From the NCBI RefSeq assembly GCF_036588685.1, contig NC_086379.1, forward strand, positions 79,732,001-79,796,000: a stretch of DNA of 64,000 nucleotides, written 5' to 3'. The DNA is from Mytilus trossulus (Eukaryota). The notes under the pieces are model-generated. The model did not search any database. It saw only the letters and a program-made list of their open reading frames with translations, and was not told where the DNA came from. Below, piece after piece: positions 52,801 through 64,000 of the stretch; within the stretch, counting starts at the first letter, position 1, and every line of letters begins with the position of its first letter. The position numbers and the translations under genes are program-made.

Positions 52801-53893
52801 ATCTTTTTTTTCAGTTCTTACCATGCAGATTTGTCACAGAAAAGTTGTACAACAATTTCATCTTCACCTTTGTGTAAATACATTTTATAATTGGAAATAA
52901 AACAAAAGGCTATGAGAGCCTGAATCGATCACCTGTCAAACATATGATTGAAATAAAAGGCAACTATAATTATATCAATTATTTATAACTATCCTAACAA
53001 ACGTTCTTACTTAATTTGCAGTCATCCAATAGATTTGGCCACATCCAAATTATTGTGAAATTTGTATTGGTGATTTAAAAGTTTTCTGTTTAAAGTTTTA
53101 ACTTATCTATTATGTGTTTTTACACAATAAGTAATCGACAAAACTCTTAAAATAGTTGATGAAGATCATGTTTGCTGTTTACACTTTCTACCTTACTTCA
53201 TATTATATGCTTTGATATATAAGGCAGCAACCATTTGATTTTCGGGGGGGGGGGGGGGGGGGGGGGCTATGGACATGACTAAAGTCGAAGGCTTGACAAA
53301 AATGAATCCTTGGGGTTCTTTGATATACTGAATCTACACATATACTTAGATTTTTGATTATTGGCCCAGTTTTCAAGTTGGTCCAAATCGGGGTCCAAAA
53401 TTAAACTTTGTTTGATTTCAACAAAAATTGAATTCTTGGGGTTGTTTGATATGCTGAATCTCAACTTGTACTTAGATTTTTTATTAAGGGTCCAGTTTTC
53501 AAGTTGGTCCAAATCGTGGTCCAAAATTAAACTTTGTTTGATATCAACAAAAATTGAATCCTTGGGATTCTTTGATATGCTGAATCTAAACATGTATTTA
53601 TATTTTTTATTATAGGCCCAGTTTTCAAGTTGGTCCAAATCGTGGTCCAAAATTAAACTATGTTTGATTTCAACAAAAATTGTATATATGGGGTTCTTTG
53701 ATAAATATATGCTTAATCTAACAATGTATTTAGATTTTAAATGTTTGCGCCCGGTTATCAAATTGGTCCACATTGAACTTTATTTGATTACATCAAAAAT
53801 TGAATTCTTGGGGTTCTTTGATATGCTGAATCTAACCATGTATTTTGATTTTGGATATTGGACCATAATAGGTGATGTCCAAATTCATTATGT

Positions 53894-54895
53894 GTCAGAA
53901 ACCTTTCCCCCTTTCTTCCATTTTGTTTACTTTCACCGTCTCCTCGAGCATTTTGGTTGAAAACGTCGCATTTCCGCACGCTATATTTAATTGGAACGTT
54001 TTGACGTCGGGCACTTGCAAGTAATTGATTCTCATGTCACGGCATCTGCCTAGACTAATACAACTTCCAACATAGACAAAACAAATAAGTTCCATGCATA
54101 GAGCTATAAATAACATTATGTAAACTTTAGTTTGTAGCGATATTTTTTTCACTTACCTAAATATGCAGACATTTCACCGAAATCTGTCTCCGTCCAGTTT
54201 GGGTCATTTCGTCCCGCTAGTTGCTGTTTTCGTCTTGCATTAAGGTTGGTCTCTTGGACAACTTTGCCAATCATTTCTGTAGTAAAGAAGGTGTTGAAAC
54301 ATTCAAGTTCACTTACATCGGCATTCAATAAGACCTGTGGTCCGGTACTTTCGGTAAACTGACGAACATTTACATCTTCACTGGCCTCGCTCCATATTAT
54401 TTCATTCATGTTAGCACCATCATTTCCATCCTCCTGATCCTGCACGATTTCATCATCAACATTATCTTCCTCGTCACTAACCAACGGTACATCAATATCA
54501 GAAACATCCCCGTTATCCTCACCTTCAATGCTTTCATCGTCTGATGAATTTTGAAGGGTTGGTCCTGACACAATTTGCTCCCAAACATCCCATACACTCG
54601 GCCTGCTGGAGGCCGCCATATTTGTTATTGTCGTCTGTTATTACATGTGAGAATCTCATGAATATTCATCGATTAAGTGTATGAAAACCGCCCATATCCT
54701 TCGATAAGCACTGGCAATTGTCTCTTTTATTGATTTTTAAGTGTGAAGACATTTATTTGTACGTTAAATTTTTACATTAACGTTTTCAATACAAAAAACA
54801 TGAAAAGCGTAGTTGCGGGGGAAGGGGATAAGCGTAAAAAGCGTATACGCGGTGTAAGGGGGTAAGCGTAAAAAGCGTATTTGCGTGGTAAAGTA
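53894..54895 (-). mobile_element. 3'-truncated piggyBac transposon (left end plus first transposase exon)
   Basis: TTAA at 54896-54899; duplicated subterminal motif GGGG.TAAGCGTAAAAAGCGTAT; transposase N-terminal ORF. Confidence 0.75.
54157..54619 (-). pseudogene. piggyBac (PGBD4-like) transposase first exon, no catalytic core
   Basis: Acidic N-terminus, then FTESTGP...LECFNTFFTTEMIGKVVQETNLNA...WTETDFGEMSAYLG, ending at a consensus donor AG|GTAAGT. Confidence 0.8.
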
Positions 54896-55419
54896 TTAAT
54901 CACAATCCAAATTCAGAGCTGTATCAAACTTGAATGTTGTTTCCATACTTGCCCCAATTTTCAGGGTTCGAACTCTGCGGTCGTATAAAGCTGCGCCATG
55001 CCGAGCATTTGCTTTTGACATATGTTGCATTTTTTTGTGCTTTGAATACCTGAGCATATATTACATCAATAAATTTCTTGAGATGTTCATGGATATGATG
55101 TATAGAATGTTGATCAATGCACTATACTTTTGTGTATCAAAAAAGATAGAGATAAGTCTTGGAAGATTTAGATAGCAAGTCAGTCCCGTTAGGTTTTGAT
55201 TGCATTTCATGCAATTTTTACCTCAATATCCTGTGGACATGTACACTTCCATTATGTGTACCAACAACATACAAATATTTAAGTTGTAGCTCAAAAACTA
55301 TAGTTGAAGATAGCCAAACAAACCATGATTTCTTTGTGGAGCTATAGTACCCCAAAAATGACCTTGGCCTTTTGAGAATATTTGAGTGATTGTGTTTGAT
55401 TTACATATAATGAAGAAAT

Positions 55420-55548
55420 ATTTTTTCACTTCCTGGTTTGGGATTTTCTCGTTGCATTAAAGACTCATTGGTGGCTATCGGCTGTTATTTGCTCTTTTTT
55501 TGGGTTGTTGTCTCTCTGACATATTACCTATTTCCATTCTCAATTTTT
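55420..55548 (+). mobile_element. Short interspersed repeat fragment
   Basis: CTCGTTGCATTAAAGACTCATTGGTGGC...TTTCCATTCTCAATTTT; related copies at ~20865-20970(-) and ~40860-40942. Confidence 0.55.
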
Positions 55549-57142
55549 TTTACACCTCTATTGGGTGTAGAAATATCCTACAAAATATAAAAGGGGTAGC
55601 TCAAAAATTTTAGGAGGAGATAGCCGGACAAAACATGTATCTATATCAGGATGGACAAATGGAGTGACAGGGGTAAATTATAACGCCCCTCAATATTTGT
55701 CATGGGGTTCTAATTGCATTCCAATAATTGATATCTTAATGTTACTGAAATGTCAGGTACATTCACTCAATTTTAGTCTGTCTAGAAGAGATGTGTCACT
55801 GATACACTATCTTCATTGCTAATTTTATAACTAACACATATTTCTGTTCACTTAACATTTATTAACTAATGTCTTATTAAAGACATTTGAGAACAAACAA
55901 TGTAATAATTGATCCATTTAAATATAACTGGCGAAACATTAAATCTATGTTAGCATTTGATTTACTGATTAGTAAAAAAACAATACAAAAGAAATGTAAA
56001 TTATACAAACAAAATACATTTGTCACATCAAAATGTTATTTATTTTCTGTCTTATTGACCATTGAATAAATAGCTTATTATTAGCTTATCAAATAGGCCA
56101 ATAGCAGCTCTATGTATTACACTTAGCAATTCTTTAAAAACAATTCTTTTTCCACACATTGAATAAATTTATCATTGCACTCTGACAGAACAGTTAGATG
56201 CAGACTGTCAGAATATGAGGTTTGCTTTATATGAAATACTTACTGATTTATTGGCTAACATTGCTTAATTTACATATGCTTGCCATAAAATCTTAAACTG
56301 GATGAGACAAGGAAAATAAAAGGCTATGTGGAGTATATAATAATGAGAAAACCACTTTCCAGAAACACAAAACACAACAACTAAAGATTCTTGAGACCAA
56401 AATATAGTCTGAAAAAAATGGACAAGTGTGCATAAAATATGTCAAACTTTAAGTTACCCCTGGTTCAGACAATAATAAATTTAACAGTAAATATCAAAAC
56501 TATGATATGACAGTAATACACAACTAATAAGAAACTTTTGGTTATTGGAACATAAACATGTGTTAAGTTCTACTAGTTTAATTTTTACCCTTTGAATCAC
56601 AATCTGCGGAATAACAAAAGATGTATAAATGATTGTACAATAAAAATCAGGTATAACAAGGCAACTGAACATAAAGATAACACAATATTAACACTAATAT
56701 AAGTAAAACAAAATGATTTACACCGGTAAATGTTGTATCAAGGAGTAATTGCAATAAAAATTTGATTCTTGCATTAAAAACTATACATTAACAAATACAG
56801 AGTATTCACACATACACAATGATTTAACAACACCAGTATAATCAAAAGCTTTTGCAATAAGTACTTAAGCAAAAAAAAAAATCAACATTTGAGATCATTC
56901 TTCAACTTGAATGCTTATAAATAATGCCATTGTAAAATATTTGATTGTGTAAGACTACTTTCATTTGGTTCCTGCAATGTAAACTTTCAATAAACAAACA
57001 ATAGTAATTTATGTCATAATACATGCTTTTGATTTCACAAGAAAAATAGCAGTAAAAAATTCAATGTTTTTTTAAAGATGTTATTTTAAACAATAAAATA
57101 GTTTAAAGCTCCCGTCAAAAATTAGAATATCACATGTACGTA

Positions 57143-58321
57143 TTACTGGAAACCATTTTCTTGTCTCTTTATTCTTTTCTTTTTCTTTCGTAATCTTGGA
57201 TCTTTTATTTCTCTTTTAAGAAGCACATCATCTACAAAATATATACCAAACTTTAATTCTATTCCATAAAAATAATACAGGTAATTTGAGCAGTCCTTAC
57301 AAAGTGATATTCATTAGTCTTTTTGTCCATGCACTTGAAAGCTGGGTCATTGTGTCTTTTAAAGAGACCAAATATTATTTCTTTTACAACATAATACATG
57401 CACTTGTTGAGGCCATTATAAAGACAGTTAAATTTAAAATGTACATTAAGTTAAGGCATATTAGGCTCCGTGTTGAAGGCCGTACTTTAACCTATAATGA
57501 TTTACTTTTTAAATTGTTATTTGAATGGAGAGTTGTCTCATTTGCACTCACACCACATCTTCCTATATCTATATATTAGACCGTTGGTTTTCCTGTCTGA
57601 ATGGTTTTACACTTGTTCGGTGTGAACCAAGGCTCTGTGTTGAAGGCCATTCATTGACTATAATGGTTTACTTTTATAAATTATTATTTGGATGGAGAGT
57701 TGTCTCATTGGCACTCATACCACATCTTCCTATATCTATGTTAAATATGAGCTGGAATATTACAATACCTTGTTGTATTCTTAGAAATAACAAATATGTT
57801 AATTTGTACTTACTACGCAGACATTTCAACAAATATATAGTGATTGGCTACAGAAAAATAAGTATCATTTATATCCTTTATCACATTTAATATAATAAAC
57901 TTAGAATTTAAAGTTTGTTTTTACTAAAGGCAAAGAAAAGAGACACCAAACTATAGTTGTTAATTTCTATGTTATTTTGGTCTCTTGTGGAGAGTTGTCT
58001 CATTGGCAATCATACCACATCTTCTTTTTTATATTTAACATCTGGCCCTCACTCAGATATAATTTATATCTTTAAGCTAATGCCCCACTAACATACAGAC
58101 AGTATACAGTACTGGAGCTCTCATTTTCTGTCATTGACTACAAGGTTTGGGGATAGTAATGGCATGGAAAAGTAGAGACTATTCTTCAATTGTAACAGTA
58201 CCTCCTAATATATTTTTGGAAGCTAGTATGTCATCTTTTTGCATAGCATCAATTGAATCCTTAGGTAGATTTATGTTTTCTTTTCCATTTTCCTTCTTAT
58301 CTTTGTGTGTTTTATTCAAAC
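57143..58321 (-). CDS. 3' coding exons of an unidentified gene (Lys-rich, basic C-terminus)
   Basis: Exon 58321-58202 (ttacag|, GLNKTHKDKKENGKENINLPKDSIDAMQKDDILASKNILG, |gtactg) and terminal exon 57231-57143 (ttttgtag|, DDVLLKREIKDPRLRKKKKRIKRQENGFQ*); phases match (1/1). Confidence 0.6.
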
Positions 58322-61300
58322 CTGTAATATACAGTTTCATATATTGGCAAAATAATAAGAGTCCTTCATATTTTAGGTATTAATTCTGCTAAATTGTAAT
58401 TTAAGCTATTATATTTGCGCAATTAGAGTAAAAGTTGCCAGATTTGTTTAAATAAAGATGCATTGTTGACATAAAAAAAAAATTGTAAGTCAGAATAGTA
58501 TTGACAATGTATGTAAAAAAAAAGAAGCAATCAGTAAAAAATTGCCACTCAACAAAAGCATGCATATATATTATATGGCCATTCAAAATCAACAAAAGCA
58601 TGCATATATATTATATTGCCATTCAAAATCATATTAAAAGACATTAGAAAGGATAAATAAATATATAGAACCAATTCTTAATCAACAAACGCATACATGT
58701 ATTTTTAAAACCTTCTGTAGGGAGGACAATAATCCCCTTTTCAGGGATCTTTTTCCATCCCCATTAATGAGATAAACATCTTTAGACCTGTGTTTCAAAA
58801 ACTTAATGAAAAAGGCAGGAAAGTTGTCCAAACTCAAATAATTTATAAATGTTAAGTGATTTGTACAGGTCACTGTGGAAAACAAGTCATGATGAAGAAC
58901 CAGCAGGTTAAAGTATCTGTAAACTTACTGTCAATTCATTATTATACATTGGAAACCAATTTAATTTGTGGATATCAAGGTTATGCAGACTTCAGCAAAA
59001 ACAGGAAATAAAATATCCACAAAAATGTTTTCCTTAATCCATAAAAGTAACAGATCCACAGAAGTTGATGAATATGCATCACCGTGACTATCTGAGAAAA
59101 TGTAAACTGATTTTAAAGCTTAAAAATTCTTATTTTTCAAGATAACAAAGTTATAACTTTAAACTCAGAATTGCCAAAACATTAATAACTTTACACTTAA
59201 GTCAAATGTCAAGGTCATATGCTAGTCAGGGTGGTACAAGACACAGAGTAATAAGGTGGTTAACCAAAAGGTCAAATTCCCTAACTCTACCGTAAAAAAT
59301 ACTTACATAAATAAGGCCGTTCAAATTGTTTACATTGTCATAGCTGACTATGCAGTATGGGCTTTGCTCATTGTTGAAGGCCTATAGTTGTTAATTTCTA
59401 TGTCATTTTGGTCTCTAGTGGAGAGTTGTTTCCATAGGCGGATCCAGGGCGCCCATTCCCCCCCCCCCCTTTTGTGGGAAAAATTTGGTTGATTATATAG
59501 GGAATCATTGAAGCATGGCTGGAGCCCCCCCCTCCCCCCCCCCCCCCCCCCCCCTTAGGTCAGATAGCAGGCCCTCCCTTAGGAAAAGTTCTGGATCCCC
59601 CACTGGTCTTATTGGCAATCAAGCCACATCTTCTTTTTTATATTAAAAGATATCTGAGTTTTAAGGTATAAACTATAATTCAATAATTTTATTGAACCTG
59701 TATGCTGAGAGTACCATGAGAGAGTGTGCATGCCGGTCATGGAGGTCACTGCGTAAATAGGTCTAAAGAGGTCAAATTTTGTACAACTTATAAGCTAGGT
59801 CAAGGCTATATGATCTTAAATGTCAGTCAAGATAATTTAAAACATTTTGTTGTTATGGTTGTGCTAAATATAAATATTTAAAGAAAAAGGTTTTGGACAC
59901 ACTTAGGTTCACAACTTATCTTATGTCAGTAAAGTTTATACCTTAAATCTTAATACAAATTGATCTTGAGGTCAAAGTTTATAACCTTATGTCATAATTT
60001 GTACACCACACATTTTCTTAAGGGAAATTGAACCATATTCCATGAATTAGGTTGATGACATTTTAGTGCAGACATCGAATAGAAGAAAATTGACAACAAC
60101 AAATCAGGTTAAAACTTCTTGGTTAGTAGAGTAGTACATATTAAGAACATCAATGCATATGTGCTTAAAATATATGTGCATTGTAATCTAATTCTGTGAA
60201 AATACATGGTATTAGTAGAAGTTGAGGTTAAGCTAATTGGTTAACTTGTAAAAAATAAGCCAGTTTGAAATCAACCCTTTAAATACTTTGTAAATGACAA
60301 AATTTATAAACTTCTTCCCTGTTTAAATTAGAGTTTTAAAATAGATAGTATTATCAGTTCATTTTTACTCTTTTAGCTTATCAAGACTATGACGGCGTGC
60401 ACAAAGTTGACAGCCACTGTAAAATGCACTTTTTAAAGTAGCCTTAAACAACCGTGTTAAACATATATCTTATATAGGAAGGTTTTTTTTTTATGATAAA
60501 ATGATTAGAGCCAGCTATAAAAGTCCACATAATTAAAAAGGTTATAAAATTAAATCTATAAAGAATGAAACGAATATGAAAAAAACGGCAAAAATATGTG
60601 TAACTTGTAACATTAAATAAGCATAAAATAGAGTTTTTGACCTGAAATTTGTACAAATTCAACGTATATTTCTGCATTTTTATACAATATTTTTTTTTCC
60701 GAATTCGGACTAAGACGTCAAACGAACTTCACCTAAAATAAATCAAAATTGGCCATTGTGGATGAGTTTGGAATGTAGTTGATTACGTGTAAAAAGTAGT
60801 AATTTGGAAGGATTAATATCAGAAACTGGAAGAATCGGTGAAAAAATTATGTTTGTGTATTTGCTATTTTCTTATTTCGAAATGACTCGATATTCCAAAT
60901 GTGCATAAATAGAGGTTTAAAAAAATCTGCAAAATATGAATGATTCGATAGTCCAGGCCGAACATCTGAATTTTTTAAATGTCCAGCGATTATGTTACAG
61001 TTTAAAGAAATGACGTTTTAATGCTATTTTCTGAATAGGGTCTACAACATAGTCGCTTATTATTTCCTTTACATCGCTCTTAGCATGTATTTTTTTAAGA
61101 TTTTTAGAATGTGCATTTGCTGTAATTTGTTGTTCGAAAAAAATTAAACATGTTTAACGTTTATTTTTTTTAATCATGTGATAAACTAAGTGTCCAGTGT
61201 ATTTGTTACGCTTACGTTTTCTGGGGGAAAATGACGGCGTGGTAAATGATTTCAGCTATTTGAAGACGTTACATTTGTGGACTCAGCTTTGTGCACGCTG

Positions 61301-61449
61301 TCTATAGACTTATTTCCATGCCAAAGGAGTTAATTGATATCTTAAACTAGTTTAATTAAGAAGAAAGTTTTACTATTCACAACATATATATACCAGTATA
61401 TATATACAATTCGTCTATATATCAGCCCAGCAATAGTAGATCTGTTTCC

Positions 61450-61597
61450 GCAATTTTTTTTGTCTTCCCTGGATGGGATTCAAACACAATTTTTTTTGTC
61501 TTCCCTGGATGGGATTCAAACGCAATTTTTTTTGTCTTCCCTGGATGGGATTCAAACGCAATTTTTTTTGTCTTCCCTGGATGGGATTCAAACGCAT
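61450..61597. repeat. 36-bp tandem repeat x4 containing a tRNA B-box-like motif (SINE-derived)
   Basis: - strand unit GTTTGAATCCCATCCAGGGAAGACAAAAAAAATTGC. Confidence 0.85.
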
Positions 61598-63084
61598 GCT
61601 TCTGAGACATTGTCTTACCAAATTGCCTTGCTGTATGCCTGAAGAACTAGACTCTATATGTATTTAAAACCTTGCTATAAGATACTATCAGCAGACACAT
61701 ATACCATGTATAAGGTCTATAAGTTGAGACAAACTGAGTGTTGAAAGTTGATCACACAGTTGAAACTTTTCTGACATACATGTAAGCAAGCAACAGTTTT
61801 AAATATTTTTACATGTCTAATTCACAGACATTCTGGAATCTCATTTTGAAATAGGCTGGTCTATCTCCCTTTAACCATTCCAGTTAATACTTAAAAACAC
61901 TAGTATGACACCTACTTCTAAAGTGATAGGCAAAGGCTGATTTGTATATGGCTTAGTTCAATAAAACACAACGTTGATAAATATTAGTTATATAACTACA
62001 ATTTATACATAACTACTATTTATGGGTGAAATTTCTGTTGAATAAAAATTAAAATGTGAAGTTTATAGAAATCCACAACCAATATGAAGTGTCATTTACC
62101 TCACAAGTATAAACCATTACCACTGATAAAGCTGAAAAAGTAATATCTAGGCATCAAATAAGGATCAACATCAAAAAAATTGCATGTAGATGGCAAAATT
62201 AGTATTGCATTGCTACTATTACCTAGCACAACTCTGATGCTATTATAATAAAAGCTTGAATCAAATAAAGCAACTTCCCTGGCAGAGCAGAAAATCTGCA
62301 TCCATTAGATATAGGAAGATGTGGTATGAGTGCCAATGAGACAACTCTCCACCCAAATCACAATTTATAAAAGTCATTTTTTTTCAGACAAAACTCATAA
62401 TCACTGAAGATGTTTTATGGTCACCATAAGAAAAGCTAATGTATAACTAGAGAAATTATTTTCCAGATGTGTTATTTTCTCATATCCAATTTAATGCATT
62501 GGATTTTGAAATGATTTGTTTTAAATACTCGCAATGCATTGTCACAGTTGGCATAAAATATTCTTCTGAAGTTCCTAATATTATCATTTTCTGTTAGGAT
62601 TAAAATTTCGCTATTTCAGAATCTGAGACACTTGAACTACAAAGTTGATGTCATACAACATTGTTGTATCCGATTTTTCTCTTATAGCCTCAAATTTTAC
62701 AGGACATTTTTTTATGGCTAGTTAAGGCAGACAAATAGCTTTAAGGTGCATTGCATATTTTAATGTTGTTTTGTATTGTATTGTTGTTTTTAAAAATGTC
62801 CATCTTAACTGTGATGCTGACTTCAATTTGTTTTATGGTATTTTAGTAATTTCAATAACTAGTGATCAGCGAAATGAGTTGATGATAGTCATTTTGCAAA
62901 AGCTATGAATTTTGAATTGTCCTTAATATTAGGATAGTTTATATGGTATATTAGTGTTGTATTGTGCTTTGTTTTTATAACCTCTTCTTTCCTTTTAAAA
63001 CACTAACTTTTCTTCTGTTATTAATGAACTTGATCACAATCAATGGCAAACAAGTAAAATGTACATGTAAGGTGGGGCTTAAAT

Positions 63085-63404
63085 TTTCTTGGCAGTAACT
63101 TCTCAGACTCTTTTAGATACATTGTTTTGTAACTTCTCAGACTCTTTTAGATACATTGTTTTGTAACTTCTCAGACTCTTTTAGATACATTATTTTGTAA
63201 CTTCTCAGACTCTTTTAGATACATTGTTTTGTAACTTCTCAGACTCTTTTAGATACATTGTTTTGTAACTTCTCAGACTCTTTTAGATACATTGTTTTGT
63301 AACTTTCTTGGCAGTAACTTCTCAGACTCTTTTAGATACATTGTTTTGTAACTTTCTTGGCAGTAACTTCTCAGATTCTTTTAGATACATTGTTTTGTAA
63401 CTTT
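63085..63404. repeat. 34-bp tandem repeat, ~8 copies, with longer variant units
   Basis: GTAACTTCTCAGACTCTTTTAGATACATTGTTTT; some units carry an extra TTCTTGGCAGTAAC. Confidence 0.92.
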
Positions 63405-64000
63405 GGATCAATGCAATCATCTTACATGGTGATATATCTAAGAATTAATCATTGTGCAAACAATTACGAAAAGGGATTTTAAATGTATATTATGGCCTCC
63501 TCTTTGAAGCTGATGGTTGAGATGTACAAATAAACATAAAAAAAAATCAAATCATTATTCTTGAAATTGTGTTTTCAAATTTGCTAACAATAATACTCAC
63601 TGGTTAGGATGAGAAGGATAACATGTAAAACAAGGAACAAAGCAGCAAACTTTGGAAAGAATCTAATAAACTTAGATACAGTATTTGGTGAGCAGCATAC
63701 CTGCATACAACTTCTTATGGACATGGTTTCTAAAAATAAAGAAATAGAGATCATCTATCAACTGTAAAGTTACTTGAAACATCTATCTCTTTTAACATCA
63801 GTATCTAAAAGATTATTTTTATTAAATATCAGTCATAAATTTTTATCCCAAGAAATTTTCTTTTTTCTATTTTTCAGACTCAGGATGATTGTATAAGTTA
63901 AATATATATTGCATAGACATTAGCAATTTTACCTGACCATATCGGGAAATAGGTATTTAGTCGGATCTTAACACTTACTTGTGATTTGGTTAAAACCGGT

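Larger units (their letters stand above)
53295..55012 (+). mobile_element. Helentron-like (HINE) element with ~125-bp internal tandem units, interrupted by a piggyBac fragment
   Basis: 4-5 units of GAATTCTTGGGGTTCTTTGATATGCTGAATCT...CAAGTTGGTCCAAATC at 53300-53885; a putative 3' end with short stem-loops at 54900-55012. Confidence 0.6.

Noticed and set aside
53279-53773. 164-aa repetitive ORF
   Set aside because: Translation of the ~126-bp tandem units of a non-coding element; no protein motif.
53895-54152. 85-aa ORF as piggyBac exon 2
   Set aside because: No resemblance to the expected continuation (hydrophobic-MG...P...YW) of piggyBac transposases.
61450-63404. 36-bp and 34-bp repeats of CRISPR-repeat length
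   Set aside because: Contiguous tandem units without spacers; the ORFs across them are repeat artefacts.

Overview
AT-rich eukaryotic (metazoan) genomic DNA with spliceosomal GT-AG introns. The repeat landscape is most consistent with a bivalve mollusc (Mytilus-like; inference). No prokaryotic features, CRISPR arrays, rRNA or intact tRNA genes were seen. Four genes are supported. (1) The 3' half of a RICH-family RhoGAP (ARHGAP17/ARHGAP44-like, + strand, 44-14904), with a candidate large alternative exon. (2) An intronless-CDS exosome subunit RRP46/EXOSC5 (- strand, 30128-30799). (3) Divergently transcribed from it, a complete 13-exon DEAD-box helicase of the DDX5/DDX17 (p68/Dbp2) family (+ strand, 35619-49829, 731 aa). 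(4) The 3' exons of an unidentified - strand gene (about 57143-58321). Introns and intergenic DNA are full of MITEs, helentron-derived (HINE-like) elements, SINEs, Penelope-like and CR1/L2-like remnants, a truncated intron-containing piggyBac and several tandem arrays. The most interesting signals are candidate unproductive-splicing (poison exon / decoy acceptor) elements around DDX5/17 exon 11 and intron 11, two paralogous-looking alternative RhoGAP exons, the spliced piggyBac 5' end nested in another element, and long near-perfect intronic hairpins. I found no clearly new multi-gene system.
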